The position numbers and the translations under genes are program-made. A stretch of 64,000 bases of DNA from Callorhinchus milii (Eukaryota): NCBI RefSeq assembly GCF_018977255.1, contig NW_024704742.1:34660001-34724000 (forward strand). Direction: 5' to 3'. Positions 1 to 51,300 of this stretch are shown in pieces. Under the pieces are notes generated by a model. The model was not told the origin of the DNA, ran no database searches, and worked only from the letters and a program-made list of their open reading frames with translations. Each line of letters opens with the position of its first letter. Positions within the stretch are counted from its first letter, which is position 1.

Positions 1-37918
<37,918 letters not shown>

Positions 37919-38095
37919 AATCTCCAGCGTTCTGGTAATCTATAACAATTCACTAGTCTTTAAGCACAGCCAGAGCAATAGGACAATACGGTAAAGAAGA
38001 AAACAGTTGAGATCAACATGCTCTGTAGCATTTTCTCTCAGCTCCTCACACTCTTTTCTCACATGGCTGAGCTCAATAGTTTTACAAATTGCAGC

Positions 38096-38146
38096 CCTCT
38101 CTCTCTCTCACTCTCTCTTACTCTGTCTCTCTCTCTCTCTCTCTCT
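38096..38146. repeat. Imperfect (CT)n/(AG)n microsatellite about 180 bp upstream of the EGF ATG
   Basis: ctctctctctctcactctctcttactctgtctctctctctctctctctct. Confidence 0.9.
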
Positions 38147-38827
38147 GAATACCTTGCAAGGTTTCGTAGCTTTTTGGAAGCAAAGTATGAAATGCCTGAC
38201 ACCCTTGTGGGAGATTTTACACACTTAAAAAATCCAGATCATAATACATAATATTCCCAAAGTTAAACTGAGATAAAGGCAATTAAAAGTACAGTAAATT
38301 AGTGGTGTCTCAGTGATCTTCCAGTGCAACATTATCTCTGCAGGATTAAGCATTCTGCCCTTCCAATCAACAAACTACTTGTTTGCATTCATTTAGAGGC
38401 CTTCTCCCCCTCTTCAACTAACACTCAGTGCTGCAAGAGTTTCACTCACCCCACCCCTTTCTTTTCACCCTCAGTTGACTTAGCCCTAAATACAGTAAAT
38501 TCAAATATGCATACGGACTGACCAATATTGCAGAGAAGCCGGCCAAAGGGCAGATAGCCATAACTCATAATATTTTCGCTGTCTGTACAAGTTGCATGTC
38601 TGAAGGTTACTTGTTGAATGCGAATAATCATACTTTGGTTGTCTCGCACAGAAGCTACAGTAAATAGCAGGTCTCTAAATGGGCAGCAGATCCCACACTG
38701 ACTTCACGGAGTCAATTGCAGTTCACTACACTCTCTGCCAGAGAGGCCTGAAGAAAATGATAATCTTCTGTGCTTTCCTTATGTTAAGGCCAGATAATAA
38801 TTTATTTATTTTATGGAACATTAACAA

Positions 38828-40410
38828 TAACAACAAAATTACGTTTGTATAGCTCCTTTCATGTTGGGAGGACGTCCCAAGGCATTGGACGCTGGACAGA
38901 CAGCGTATTGGACCCGAGCTGGGGGTCGGGGTTGGGGAGGGTGGAGGGCAGTGGGGGAAGCAGGAAGATCAAAAGCACGGTCAAAGAGGAGGGTCTTAAG
39001 ATGGGTCTTGAAGGAGGCAAGGGAGGGGGTGAGGTGGAGGGACTGGGGGATGAAGTTCCAGAAGGTGGGGGCAGAATTCGCCAATGGTGGGGCAGGCGAG
39101 GCGAGGGATGTGAAGCAGGCCGGAGCCCGCTGAGCGGAGGGAGCGGGCAGGTTGGTAGGAGTTTAGGAGATCGCAGAGGTAGGGGGGGAGCAAGGCCATG
39201 GAGGGCTTTGAAGGTGTGGACCAGGATCTTGAACTGTATTCTCTGTGTGATGGGAAGCCAGTGGAGTCGGGCGAGGACGGGGGTGACAGGGTCGCGGAGC
39301 CTGGTACGGGAGAGGACACGGGCTGGAGAGTTCTGGATGATCTGCAGCCTGTGAAGGGAGGAGTTGGGGAGGCCGACAAGCAAAGAGTTTGCTGAGTCCA
39401 GCGTCGATGTAATGAATGTGTGTATGAGGGTTTTGGCAGCCTACTGTGTGAAACAGTGGCGGAGCCGGGCGATGTTGCGGAGGTGGGGGAAGGCAGAGCG
39501 GGTTATGGCACGGATGTGGGGTTAGAAAGGATAGTTGAGAATCAAACAAGATGCAAAGGTTCTGGACTGGCTTAGTAAGGTGGAGTGTGCAACTCTGGAT
39601 GTTGATGCTGTCAGCGCCTGAGGTGTAGAGGAGCTAACGGGAGCCAATCAAGAGAGCCTCGGTCTTGTTGACATTCAATTGTAGAGGTCAAGGAGGATGA
39701 GGAGGTAGAGGGAGCCCTGGTCGCAGATGGACAGAATGTTATTTGTCACTTTGACCAGGGCTGTGTCTGTGCTGTGGGCGGCATGGAAACCAGATTGGAG
39801 AGGTTCGTGAAGGGAGTGGTGGGAGAGGAAGGAGCGAAGCAACAACTCATTCCAGGACCTTGGAGAGGAAAGAGAGGTTGGAGATAGGTAGTTTGAGAGG
39901 TAGTTTGAGAGCAGTGATGGTCCAGGGAGAGTTTTTTAAGGATAGAAGTGATGACGGCCATTTTTAATGGGGTGGGAACAGTACCAGTGGACAGGGAGAG
40001 GTTTATGATGTCTGTGAGTAGAGGGGCAAAGAGGTGGAGCTGGGAGGTAAGGAGAGGGGTAGGGATGGGGTCGAGGGAGCAGGTGGTCGTATTCATGCGG
40101 GTTATAGTGGTGGTGAGAGAGGAGTGGGAGACAGGTTCGAAGGTGTGGAGGGAGGGATAGGTAGGGACCAGGGTGAGAAGGGGGAGAAAGGGAGGGGGTA
40201 GTAGACGGATGAGTAGAGGCTGCTGAATGGATTCCCTCAACTTTGGATTCAAAGAAGTCCATCATCGCCTCGCAGTTAGCATTGGAGGAGAGGATGGGCG
40301 AGGCATGAGAGGGTGGGTGAAGGAGCCGGTTGGTGATGGAGAAGAGGAGCCTGGGGTTGTCCTTGGCCTCCAAGATCATCTTGGAGTAGAATGACGATTT
40401 AGCGGAGACT
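38828..40410 (-). mobile_element. L2 LINE fragment (about 1.6 kb, internally deleted) upstream of EGF
   Basis: ORF2 peptides SAKSSFYS...[35 protein letters not shown]2 tail. Confidence 0.9.
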
Positions 40411-43400
40411 AAAGTATGGAACATTTTTGGAGCATGTGGGTTAAGTAAGCCTAAATTAAACAAATGTTGCTGTAGGTATAGGGTATTCATACGTTTCACC
40501 CACAAATATACAGACAATTCACTTTACAATATATTCTGTGATGTGCTTTGAGACGTGGAGAAGACTTGAAAAGCATTACATCAAATGCAAGGATTATTAT
40601 TATTTATAAGGTCATACACACAACAGTTTACTGAGCAGTTTTGATTATATTACAAGAACAACAACAACAAAATTACATTTGTATAGTGCCTTTCACGTCG
40701 GGATGATGTCCCAAGGCGCTGACAGACCATAAAGGTAAAAATCAGTTTAGAAACTTCACTACAGATCCTTTCCAGAAACTTTAAACCTAACAACACATAT
40801 ATTTGTTATTAAATATTTAAAAACACTAAATGCTGCCCTATTTCCTTGATCATTAATGTTTCCAAAGAGCTGTTCATATTTAAATTCTACCAATAAACTT
40901 TCAACTTTAAAAATATGGTTATTATTTTAAATTATTCTGCCTTTTATTTCTCTCCTGAAGATGATTGGTTATGGTAACATAGGAAATCAGTGTTTTTTCA
41001 TAACTTATTCATTCACATGCTTATTTTTATTGTGTGAATGTAAACAGTGAGAGCCCATCCAATGGCCACATAAATGCACTTTCAAGTAGGAGTCACTGGT
41101 AAGGTTGAATAACGGGAGCATCATCAGAGTTTTTTCCTCTTCTTTCCAGCAGCACTAACGTCATTTATAGGACCTACCAACAGCCCAGCTGAGACCTTAG
41201 AATCAAAGGAAATATGAGAGTAAGAGGCCCTTTGGCTAATCAAGCCTCTGGGCACTGACTACTTAATTCCCAATTGTCTGCTCTTTTCCTGGACCTTATC
41301 ACATTGTTCCTTGCCAAATGTTTATTCAATTCCCTGCGAAACATGTTACGATCTCAGACTGAATAGTCTTTTGTGTTGTGGTAGACAACAGAGTGAAACT
41401 GGGATTTGCTTCATCTGTGGTTCAGTTTCAAACTGGACATTGTTTTTGCTAAACTGAGTCATTAGAGAATCAGTTATATATAATGTGTTTAATAAATGAC
41501 AAGAAGAATAACGGCATTGCTTCTCCACCAAGGTCAGAATTTCCAAAATGTGAACTGACATAACAGATGTTCCTAGACACAGAGAGCCTGACAAGGTTTC
41601 TGTGGCATTACATGGTGGAGTGTCAAGTTTATAGAATCATCATAGAATTGTCATTTATAGAATCAAATAAAGGTAAGATGGACTTGGTTATGTACCAAAA
41701 GAATAAAAGAATGTGGAAAGGCTATTTTGCTTTTTTTGGGTCAGCTGGGTGTCTGACACATGTGGAAACCCATCACCATGCTTCGATATGTTCAAACCAA
41801 ACTGAGAGTTCCATGCATCTCACCTAGACATGGAAATTCCCCAGATTTTATTGGAGTGGAATGCGAACTCTCTCCCATGAGAGATGCAATCTGCTTACCT
41901 AATTCTGGAAAGTATCAGACACAGGTTGGCAAGAGCCAAACCTTGGGACCCAAGAGTTGGCATTGGGGTAATGCTGGAGTCTAACCAGTTAAAACCTCAT
42001 AGCTGGCCATTGAAAGCATTGTCTGGTAAACTTACCCACTGCTTGTCCAGCTAGGACCATTCTACTCAATATGGCTTTGGCTTTCAGAGTTAACAGGAAC
42101 TGAGTGGGAACAGTTACAGTGACTGTTCTACCTTTCATGTACTACCAGTGAGCTAGGCTGGCTGGGCTGTCACAAACAGCCTGCAGTGCTGCAGATCTGC
42201 TAGATCAAGAACTGGACTATCGAGACTGCCACAGAGGGTTAATTCAATTCTGACATTCCGTTCCCAAATATGTCGCCTTCAAGCTAGTTCAGCTCCAAGG
42301 ACACCATGTTTACCTTCCTCCCGAGGAATAGTCACTATTTCTCACTTGACATCTGACAAGCGCAGGATTGAGCTCTCGCTAGGTGAATGGCAAATACCTG
42401 CCACTTTCCTGTTGGGCCCCACAGCTCAACACAAAATGCATGAGAACATTTCAAGCACATTCTTACACAACCCATATAAAGCCTTTATATAGAATAATTT
42501 TATACTTACTGTGGACTCCATCCACCTCCTGTATCTCCTTGGAACAAGTTTAGACCCACTTGTCCCTCATAGTCCACACATAGATGCTAGAGGTTATTCT
42601 TTCCTAGGACCTTAAGATTTTGGAATTTCCTCCCCCAACAATTTCTCTCCTTCACACAATGTAGACTCTCCAAATTTCCATGTAACTGGTTTGTCTCCTG
42701 GTTATACCAGGATTAAGGATTGGGTTCCTACTTACTGCTGGGTAAACAGAGGCATAAGGACACTTGCCCAACACTTGCCCAGGTGTAAAATAAATTTCTC
42801 CTGAACAAATTTTTTGATCTATTAATGGTTACCTTATTTTATGCCCCTTTGTTGTAGACTCACAAACAAGTCTATTTATGTTCACTTCATCAAACACCTT
42901 CATAATTTCAAACACCTCTTTCAAGCACCCTCTCAATTTTCTCATCTCTAGGAAAATATCTTAAGCTCATGCAGTCTTTTAAATTAGTTGTATCCTCTCA
43001 TCCATTGTTACAACATCCTTATTGTAGTATGGTGACCAGAATTGTACACAGTCTTCCAATTCCAATTATAACCAAGATTTTATACAAAATTAACATTGAA
43101 TTGCTAGAGATTATTTCAAGTTATTTTCTGTTGAGTAATTTATTTGCAGGCAGTCTGCAGTGTTGGGTACCAAACGTGAATCGTGAATCAAATTAGAAAT
43201 ATGAGCATCATCTGATGAACCAATTTTTCATCAAAGCTGAACATTCCTTCTGGTTGAGTTCCCAGATTAAAAAATGAAGTTAGAGGAAAACAATCATAGC
43301 CCTAAGGTATGGTAATTAGTTTAAACATATTAGAATAATATAGCAAATATATTAGGATAATTTTATTCCACACATCGTGTTCATGTGCACCCAGGTGTTT

Positions 43401-46400
43401 TGTCCTTTTAATGGAAGGTATTGCCAATCTTTGATTGCATATTCCATCTACATAGTGACGCAGAGAGAAAGTATGTAAACCCAAAGGCAAAAATAAGCCA
43501 AGAATAAACTATAAAAACACTTCAACACAACCACATAACTAGCTACTACAACCACAGATTGGATCACAACTGCAAAACATTTATCACTGTGGTTAGTGAT
43601 CTGGGGAGAGAGGAAGGGGGAGGGAGAGAGGGAGAGGAGGGGGAAATGTGGGAGGGAAGGGGTCAGATGAGACCACTGCTGAAACCTCCACTTTCACCAA
43701 AAAATGTTTGCTCCCTTTCTCTTGAATTCAAAAATACTTTAGCACTTTAACTGTTGGTTTTACACATAAATACCCACAGAAAATAAGTGTTTACGCATAA
43801 ATCAAGAGCAGAAATTTCAAGTTTTTGTTTTTCTAACACAGAAAGGTATACATCTCTATCTTTATAATAATAATAATCTTTGCATTTGATATAGTGCCTC
43901 ATCACTCTTGGAAACATCTCAAAGCGCTTCACAGAATATACAAATAGTCATAGATTGAGTGACCACATTATTACTATTATTATTATTATTATTACCCTAC
44001 AGCAAATTCCTGTAAAAAGCCTGGTGTTTGCTGTTTTCTGGGAGAGGGTTGCTCACTGCAGGGAGTTAGCTCCAGGATTCTCAGGTCCACTGACCCAGGA
44101 AATGTTTAAACATAAATGGGAAAGATAATAATTGTTATCCTCAATTTCTGCTGTTTCTCCCAAATTCAGAAATGATCAGTTCCCTGATTCTTAAGAAGCT
44201 AACCAAATTCCACAGTAGCTACATCGTAACTATACCATATATTTACATTTACTGTACATGCATTTTGTAATAAATGCTCTCTTTCTTTTGCTGTTAGCTC
44301 TGGTTGCATTGAGACATAATGCTGACCTTTTTGTTGACAAATGAGCCCAGGCACATGTAGCTCAGGGTGAAGGGCTGAGCTTATTAAACAGTGAACAGCC
44401 CCAGCTTTCACTCACCTGTCACCTGAGCACACAAAGCTTTTTGTTCTTTTATTTCTTCTTCGCTCCTCATTTCCCTCCAAAAACCCTCTCCATCACTATC
44501 TGCCGCAACCGCAATCAACATTTAAAGCTGCCACTTACCCAATGTTAAACGCTGTGAGAAGGCCATCTTTCACCAAGGATAGTATTCCCGTTTTCTGTTG
44601 TTCCTCCGTAATCTGAGTGAGCAATGATTTTTCCAAGCATCTTATCCAATCTGGAGATGCTATCACAGTGAGCCCCACCTCCACTGTCTTCCTGGCTGCT
44701 TTCCCAGATCTATTTTGTGAAATTCTCCTACAGGTGAGTCATATTTAACTCCTACAGGTGAGTCATAATAATTTGGTCATTCAATCCACAACTGTTTATG
44801 GGACACCTCTGTGCATCATTGGCTGCCATATTTTGCCCACAAAACTTTACAGTGTATTCTGTGAAGCGCTTTGAGACATCTAGAAGATGTGATAAGGCGC
44901 TATATCAAATGCAAGGATTATATCTGCTTATCATCAGGCAAATACAAAAAGTGAATGTATAAAACTGTTGTTTTATCAAATTATGCAAGTAAAAAACATC
45001 AGCCCTTGATTGGCATTCACATGAAGGATTTTTCTGTGATGGTCGCCAACACTTGTCAGTCATAGAGAAAAAACCTTAGCCATCCCTTAGGCTGGATGTT
45101 ATGGGTGGAAACCTTAATGCCAGAGTACGTAAAATTATTACACCATGCACCCTGGGAAAAAATATTGCTGCCTTAGCAGCTGCTTTTTCTGCTGACTAGA
45201 ATTGAACAATATCTATCACAGAACCCTTAGAACCATAGCATTAGTTGTTTAAGTTAGGCGTTTTAATATAAAATAAAGACACAGAGCTGCAAATTCACCA
45301 ACAACAAAATAACCTGGAGGTATTCACTTTAAAGAACACAGTTTTAATCATACAAGAAATCCACATTTATCTGTGTAACATAGTAACAGTAGAAAACCTG
45401 AAACAAAGTTTACATTGGAGGCAATATTAGATATACGTATTTACATTTATCATGGCTTCTTCATGCATCTTCATAAAGAAAGGATGTCTTTGACAGTGAC
45501 TGTGGAAATGAAAAACAGTGTGCCCATGGTGTTGCTGAATATGAAGCTCATTTTTCCATTGAAGGCAATATGAGCGATAGAGAAATGATTCAGAACTAGG
45601 GATTAATATAGGGTTCAATAATATTATATACAGTTTATTTCTATAATCTGGATGCCGGGCTTTTCTGCTGTCTAGTTTAACCGTGTAAAATAAGTGTGTT
45701 ACGAGTGTAGTTTTAGTCCAGAGTTGTGAGGTTTATTGTTCGGAGCACAGCAGGGCATAATCTTACTTAGAAGTGCTTGTATATTCTGTGAAGTGCTTCG
45801 AGACATCTAGAAGATGTGATAAGGCGCTATATCAAATGCAAGGATTATATCTGCTTATCATCCATTTAAGGAGCATAATGGATGGGTCTGGATATACGTC
45901 CTCAATGGTCTTTTCTCATGCTTTGCATTCCTATGATGCTGGTTATTTGAACGGTTCGATCTATGTTAGGGTCCAAAAAACCCTGACTGTAAAGCGCCCA
46001 GGGACATCTTTCGGATGTGTAGAGCGCTATACAAATGTAATTTGGTGTTGCTGTTGTAGGGAAGGGGATTGCCTTCTATTTCAATAGGTTCTGTTGATAT
46101 GTTTTGGGTATTTATATGTTAAATGGGTCAGCTCTGCAGAGCTAGTGAATACATTTTTATAGAGTTAATGCTCCAGAATTCATAAGGGTGCCACAGGAAA
46201 GGAGTTCGCTGATAGAGGAGATTGCCTTATTTCTGGGATGCCAGTAGTTTGTGTGAAAACAATGTCTGGTCAGCTTGTTATCTCAAGTAAACAGAAAAAC
46301 AATATGTTTTCCTTGTGTGAGATAAGGAGCATGAGTCATATGCCATTTGAACCACTTATATTCTAATAATTATTCATGTTTTGGATCATGCTAGGGTGCT

Positions 46401-47325
46401 GAATACAACTTGATATGAGCAATTGATGTAATACAAAACTAAAGGGGTAATGGACTTTCCCAAGTTTGGCCAGGCATCCAATATTCACAGCCATGGTCCA
46501 TGGGCTAGTTATAATTTTATTGCCCATTGGATCAATGTTTTAAGGAATATAAAAATCAAATATTGGTAAATCACACACCTAAAATAACATTTAACAGTCA
46601 GCAAACGTACTTAGAGTGGGGAGTCCATAGTTTTCTTTGAGTGCATAATAGTCACTGAAAAATCATCCCATCTTTTCCACATGACTTACACACCTTTCAT
46701 AGACGTTAACAAGCTTTCAAAACTCACGATCTCCACCCAGAAAGCTTCTATTACACTAAGGATTCTGCACACAAAAATAAATGATGCAATAACTAAAGGG
46801 TATTAAATATTACAAAGAAAGATTGCCCTTTTTGTTTAAATACACAACTTGAAGGCAATTACGGTAAAAAATGTTCAGCAGTTTGTAGATTTTACCGATA
46901 TTTGAAATTCTACCAGATTACCCTTCACAAGAAATATGTTTTCAAGAGACTACATTACCAGTGGTTGAAACAGGCAACCAAGAAGGTTGGTTGAGAAAAC
47001 AATTGAACTAATTTAAGAAACAGTTTATGCTCTAACAGACTAATTGTACAGTTGGTCTTCTGAAAGTCTTTCTTTATCCTTACTTACTTCTCTTTTAATC
47101 TTGGGAAATACTGTAGTGCCCAAGCTCTTCACTTTGGAGTTACACTAGCAGATTTCTGAAAAAATATGAATACATACGTTTTGAAGGCTGTTGTGCTCAG
47201 AATTAAATCACTGATTTTTGATTTATAATGAATGTGGATTAAAAGCCTATAGCTGTTGTACAAAAGGAGGGAATCAACAAAATGTCATTTCATTATTCAA
47301 TACGTTGGAGAGTGGCCAGCAGAAA

Positions 47326-48370
47326 TTAGCAGAAGTACTCCGAACGACAGCTGTCACTTTTGCAGGTCATCTGTGAATCTATGCTGGACCTTGAGCACAG
47401 AAGCAGGTTTTGTGAATCACTGATGTCCCGCCGAGCCCACAGAGCATTTCCCGTCCCATCTGTGGGTGGTTTGAGGGACAGTGTTTCAAATTTTATGTAA
47501 GACTCTTTAATTAGCTCGTGTTCTCCTGTCCGTTTTCTCTTGCACTGTGCTTTCACAACTACATAGACAACCATGAAGAGAATTGGCAATGTGACAGCAC
47601 ATCCTATACAAATAACAACAATGTTCAAGAGGGTTTGGTAACTCTTAGTGTTGTTTTCTTGTTCAGTTGAGAAAACCACACATTGCTCCTTTTTAGGTTT
47701 CATTCCCTTTGGGCATATACATGCCATATATTTTGTGTTTGGTGTCAACCTGTCTATGGAGACTTTGCTTTCTCCAGAGTCGATATTAATTTTCTGCATC
47801 GTTTTCTCACCGTACTTCGAGTAAAGTAAATTTAAGGCAGGGCCACTTTTGTAGTTAGAAGTTTTCCAAGTTACAAGTACTTTCTGATCTGTCTCACTAA
47901 TAACTCTCAGATTCTTAATAGAAACACTTTGTACAGATGTTGTGTTCAACAGTGGGCCTCTAACTTTCTTGCTCTCGTTCACGTGTGAAGTTTTTGGGCT
48001 TGAATTCGCCAATGTATGTTCCTTTGTACTTTTCGTTTCATTTCCAACAGGCTCAGCTTGGTCGTCTTGTTTTTTAGGTGCCACTGTAGTGGAGATGCTA
48101 AGTGGTGCACTGGCTGTCACAATTGTAGTGTGTTGTTCAAGTTTCACCTGTGTTAAATTGTTTTGTTCTGTAGTAAGCCTCCATAAAAAATCTTTTCTCT
48201 GGGGAGGAACTGTGGTTGTTACAGTTCCCACAACAGTGAGTGTGATGGCAGCTTCTGATGTTCCTGCTAAATTTTTAGCTTTACATCTGTATTCTCCAGC
48301 ATCCTTGTATGAAACGCCTGTCAAACTTATTATGGACCATCGGATACCATCGCCGGTGATTCTTGGATGA
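47326..48370 (-). CDS. LRIT3: LRIT3 exon 4 (rest of Ig, FN3, TM, cytoplasmic tail), with an apparent 1-bp deletion near its 5' end
   Basis: Acceptor ccttcacag|TC gives VIQES(P); [31 protein letters not shown]...SEYFC* continues in a different frame (ORF 47326..48324). Confidence 0.92.
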
Positions 48371-51300
48371 CTGTGAAGGTGTACAGAAAAATGTGTTAAT
48401 GTAGTAATAATAATAATAATCCTTGCATTTGATGTAGCGCCTTATCACGTCTTCAAGATATCTCAAAGCACTTCACAGAAAATACTGTGAAGTGAATTGA
48501 CTGTATATTTGTTGGGGAAACCTGCAGCCAATTGTGCACAGCAGTGTCCCACTGTAGTAGATTGATTACCAATTCATTATTATTATTTTTATTTTTTAAG
48601 AAGGATAATGGTCACAACAAATTATCACAATACCAAATTTATTTTTTCAAAAAACTACTGTACCAAATAGTAGTTTTAGAATCACCGTTTTATAAAATAG
48701 TTCAGACAAGTCAAAAAGATTTATTCCAAAGTCAAAGCTATTCACGTGCTAAAATGCCTCTATCTTTTTACCTTATTCATACTAAATGCAATTAAAATTA
48801 AAATTGAGGAAAATGCATTAATGAATTACCGGTATAATTTACTGGCAAGACATCTGTCCTGAACCATACAAGATTTGGGGTTGGAAATCCTGTTGAATCA
48901 CAGCGCAGCAAAACATTACTTCCAAGTGGTGATGTGATTTTAGTTGCGGAGGTCATTATCGATGGCTTGAGGCACTGTTCAAGTTCAACTTTATGGAAGT
49001 AAACGCCTGCTATATTTTCCGGACCACTGCACGTAATCAATGGATCCAGAAGGACAACCCAAGTTTCTTCTAACTTAGAGAGTTCAATTATCTTGGAAAT
49101 CCTGCAGTCACAGTACCAAGGGTTGTCTTGCAAAGCTAAAGAGAAGGAACAATCTTAAAGTTTTGTTTTAATTCCAGTACTATTATCATGTTTTCATTCA
49201 TTGGGACACACAGGACCAAAAACAACAATGTGACTGTTCCAAAGTGGAAAAAAAAGAAAAATATCTAACTTTATTGGGATGTCCCCCAACGTGAAAGGCG
49301 CTATAAAAATCGAATTTGTTGCTGCTGTTGTTGTTTATTCATTAAGGTTTAATGTGCTGAACAAGAAATATGTAATTATTGAAATTCTAAAATACCGAAT
49401 GTCTGAACAATGAGTTTTTCAGCAGTCGATGTTTTAGAAATTATTAGAATAATAATAATAAACCTTACATTTGATATAGCATCTTTCACATTTGGAGGAC
49501 ATCCTAAAGCGGTTCACTGGTTATAATGTAAACAACAACAACACCACCAAAATTACATTTGTAAAGTGCCTTTCACATCGGGAGGATGTCCCAACGTGCT
49601 GGACAGACAGAGTTACAGACCTGAGCTGGGGGTGGGGGTGGAGGAGGGTGGAGGGCAGGGGCGGGAGCAGGGAAATCGAAAGCACAGTTGAAAAGGAGGG
49701 TTTTGAGATGGGTCTTGAAGGTGGTAAGGGAGGGGGCGAGATGGAGGTACTGAGGGATGGAGTTCCAGAGAATGAGGATAGGGGCAGAGTGAAGGAAGGC
49801 CCACCCGCCGATAGTGGGGCCAGCGAGGTGGGGGATGTGAAGCAGGCCGGAGCCCGCTGAGCGGAGGGAGCGAACAGGATGGTAGGAGGTTAGGAGGTCA
49901 CAGAAGTAGGGGGGAGCAAGACTGTGGAGGGCTTTGAAGGTGAGGACTAGGATTTTGAATTGTATCCTCTGTGTGATGGGAAGCCAGTGGAGTTGGGCGA
50001 GGATGGGGGTGATAGGGTCGCGAAGCCTGGTGTGGGAGAGGACATGGACTGCAGAGTTCTGGATGATCTGCAGCCTGTGGAAAGAGGAGTTGGGGAGGCC
50101 GACAAGCAGTGAGTTTGCATAGCCGAGCCTCGATGTAATGAAAGCGTGTATGACGGTTTCATAAAGTACAGTTACTGTGACTTTGGCAGCCAATTTGCGC
50201 CAAATATTCAATGATCATACATTACCTATTAAGAAATTTGCTAAGAAAATAGTTCTGAATGTTTCATACCCCAAACTGATTTCTTCACCAAATGCTATAG
50301 CTTTCAAAGTCCCTCTTGAATTTGTTTAAATAACCAGTTTCCACCGTTGTCTGGGGTATTCTATTTCACTTATTCACTTTGTAAAGTCATAAAAACTGAA
50401 CTGTCTATTCACTTTTCCTCTTCTGAGCTTAAATCTGAATTACCTATTTCTAGAATTTTTTATGGCCCATCCCGAAGAATGTTTCCTCCTGTTAGTGTTA
50501 GTAATGAATAGAGATGGCAGGCAAGTCATAGTCTTGGAGAGAGGGAGAGTTTGCAAAAATATTGTACTTTTGAAATGAAAGTTCCATATTTACTCCTCGT
50601 GCTACAATAGGATATATGGTAGAACCCAATTATAATGTAATAGTTGGGGTTCATAAATTCTGAGCAAGTTATCAAGCAGGGTTCACTAGCTGGCTTCCCA
50701 CATGAAAAAAATCCTGACTTCTGGGTCATCACCTCTGATAATACCATTGAAAGTGATCTTCAGACCCAGAAGTTGCCCATCTTTCCCATTTAGGAATCAG
50801 GAGCAGGAAACCTGGCTGATTTTCCATTCTGTAACCAACAACAACAACAACTTGGATTTATATAGCGCCCTCTACGTCGGACGGCATCTCAGAGCGCTTC
50901 ACAGTAACGGATCCCGGGGCCGAGCCAAGGGGAGGGGGAGGAAGCTGACCAAAGGCGCGGTCGAAAAGAAAGGTCTTCAGCAGAGACCTGAAAATAGGAA
51001 GAGAGGGAGCGAGACGAAGGGAGTGAGGAAGGGAGTTCCAGAGCCTCGGGGCATAGTGGCTGAAGGCACGGCCACCAAGGGTGGAGCGGAGGACTCGGGG
51101 GACAAGGAGGAGACCAGACCCGGAGGAACGAAGCAACAGGCATTGTTTTGAGGAGAGAGGAGGTCAGAGAGGTAAGGGGGTGCAGAGGAGTGCAGGGATT
51201 TGAATACAAGGGTGAGGATCTTGAACTTGATCCTCTCTGGGACAGGCAGCCAGTGCAGTCTGGCAAGGACTGGGGTGATCGGGGAGGGGAGTTTGGTGCG

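Noticed and set aside
45640..45975. Sequence that looked like a possible NUMT or foreign insert
   Set aside because: I could not match it to any mitochondrial gene or ORF by eye; unsupported without a BLAST search.
47942..48370. 142-aa plus-strand ORF
   Set aside because: Antisense shadow of LRIT3 exon 4.
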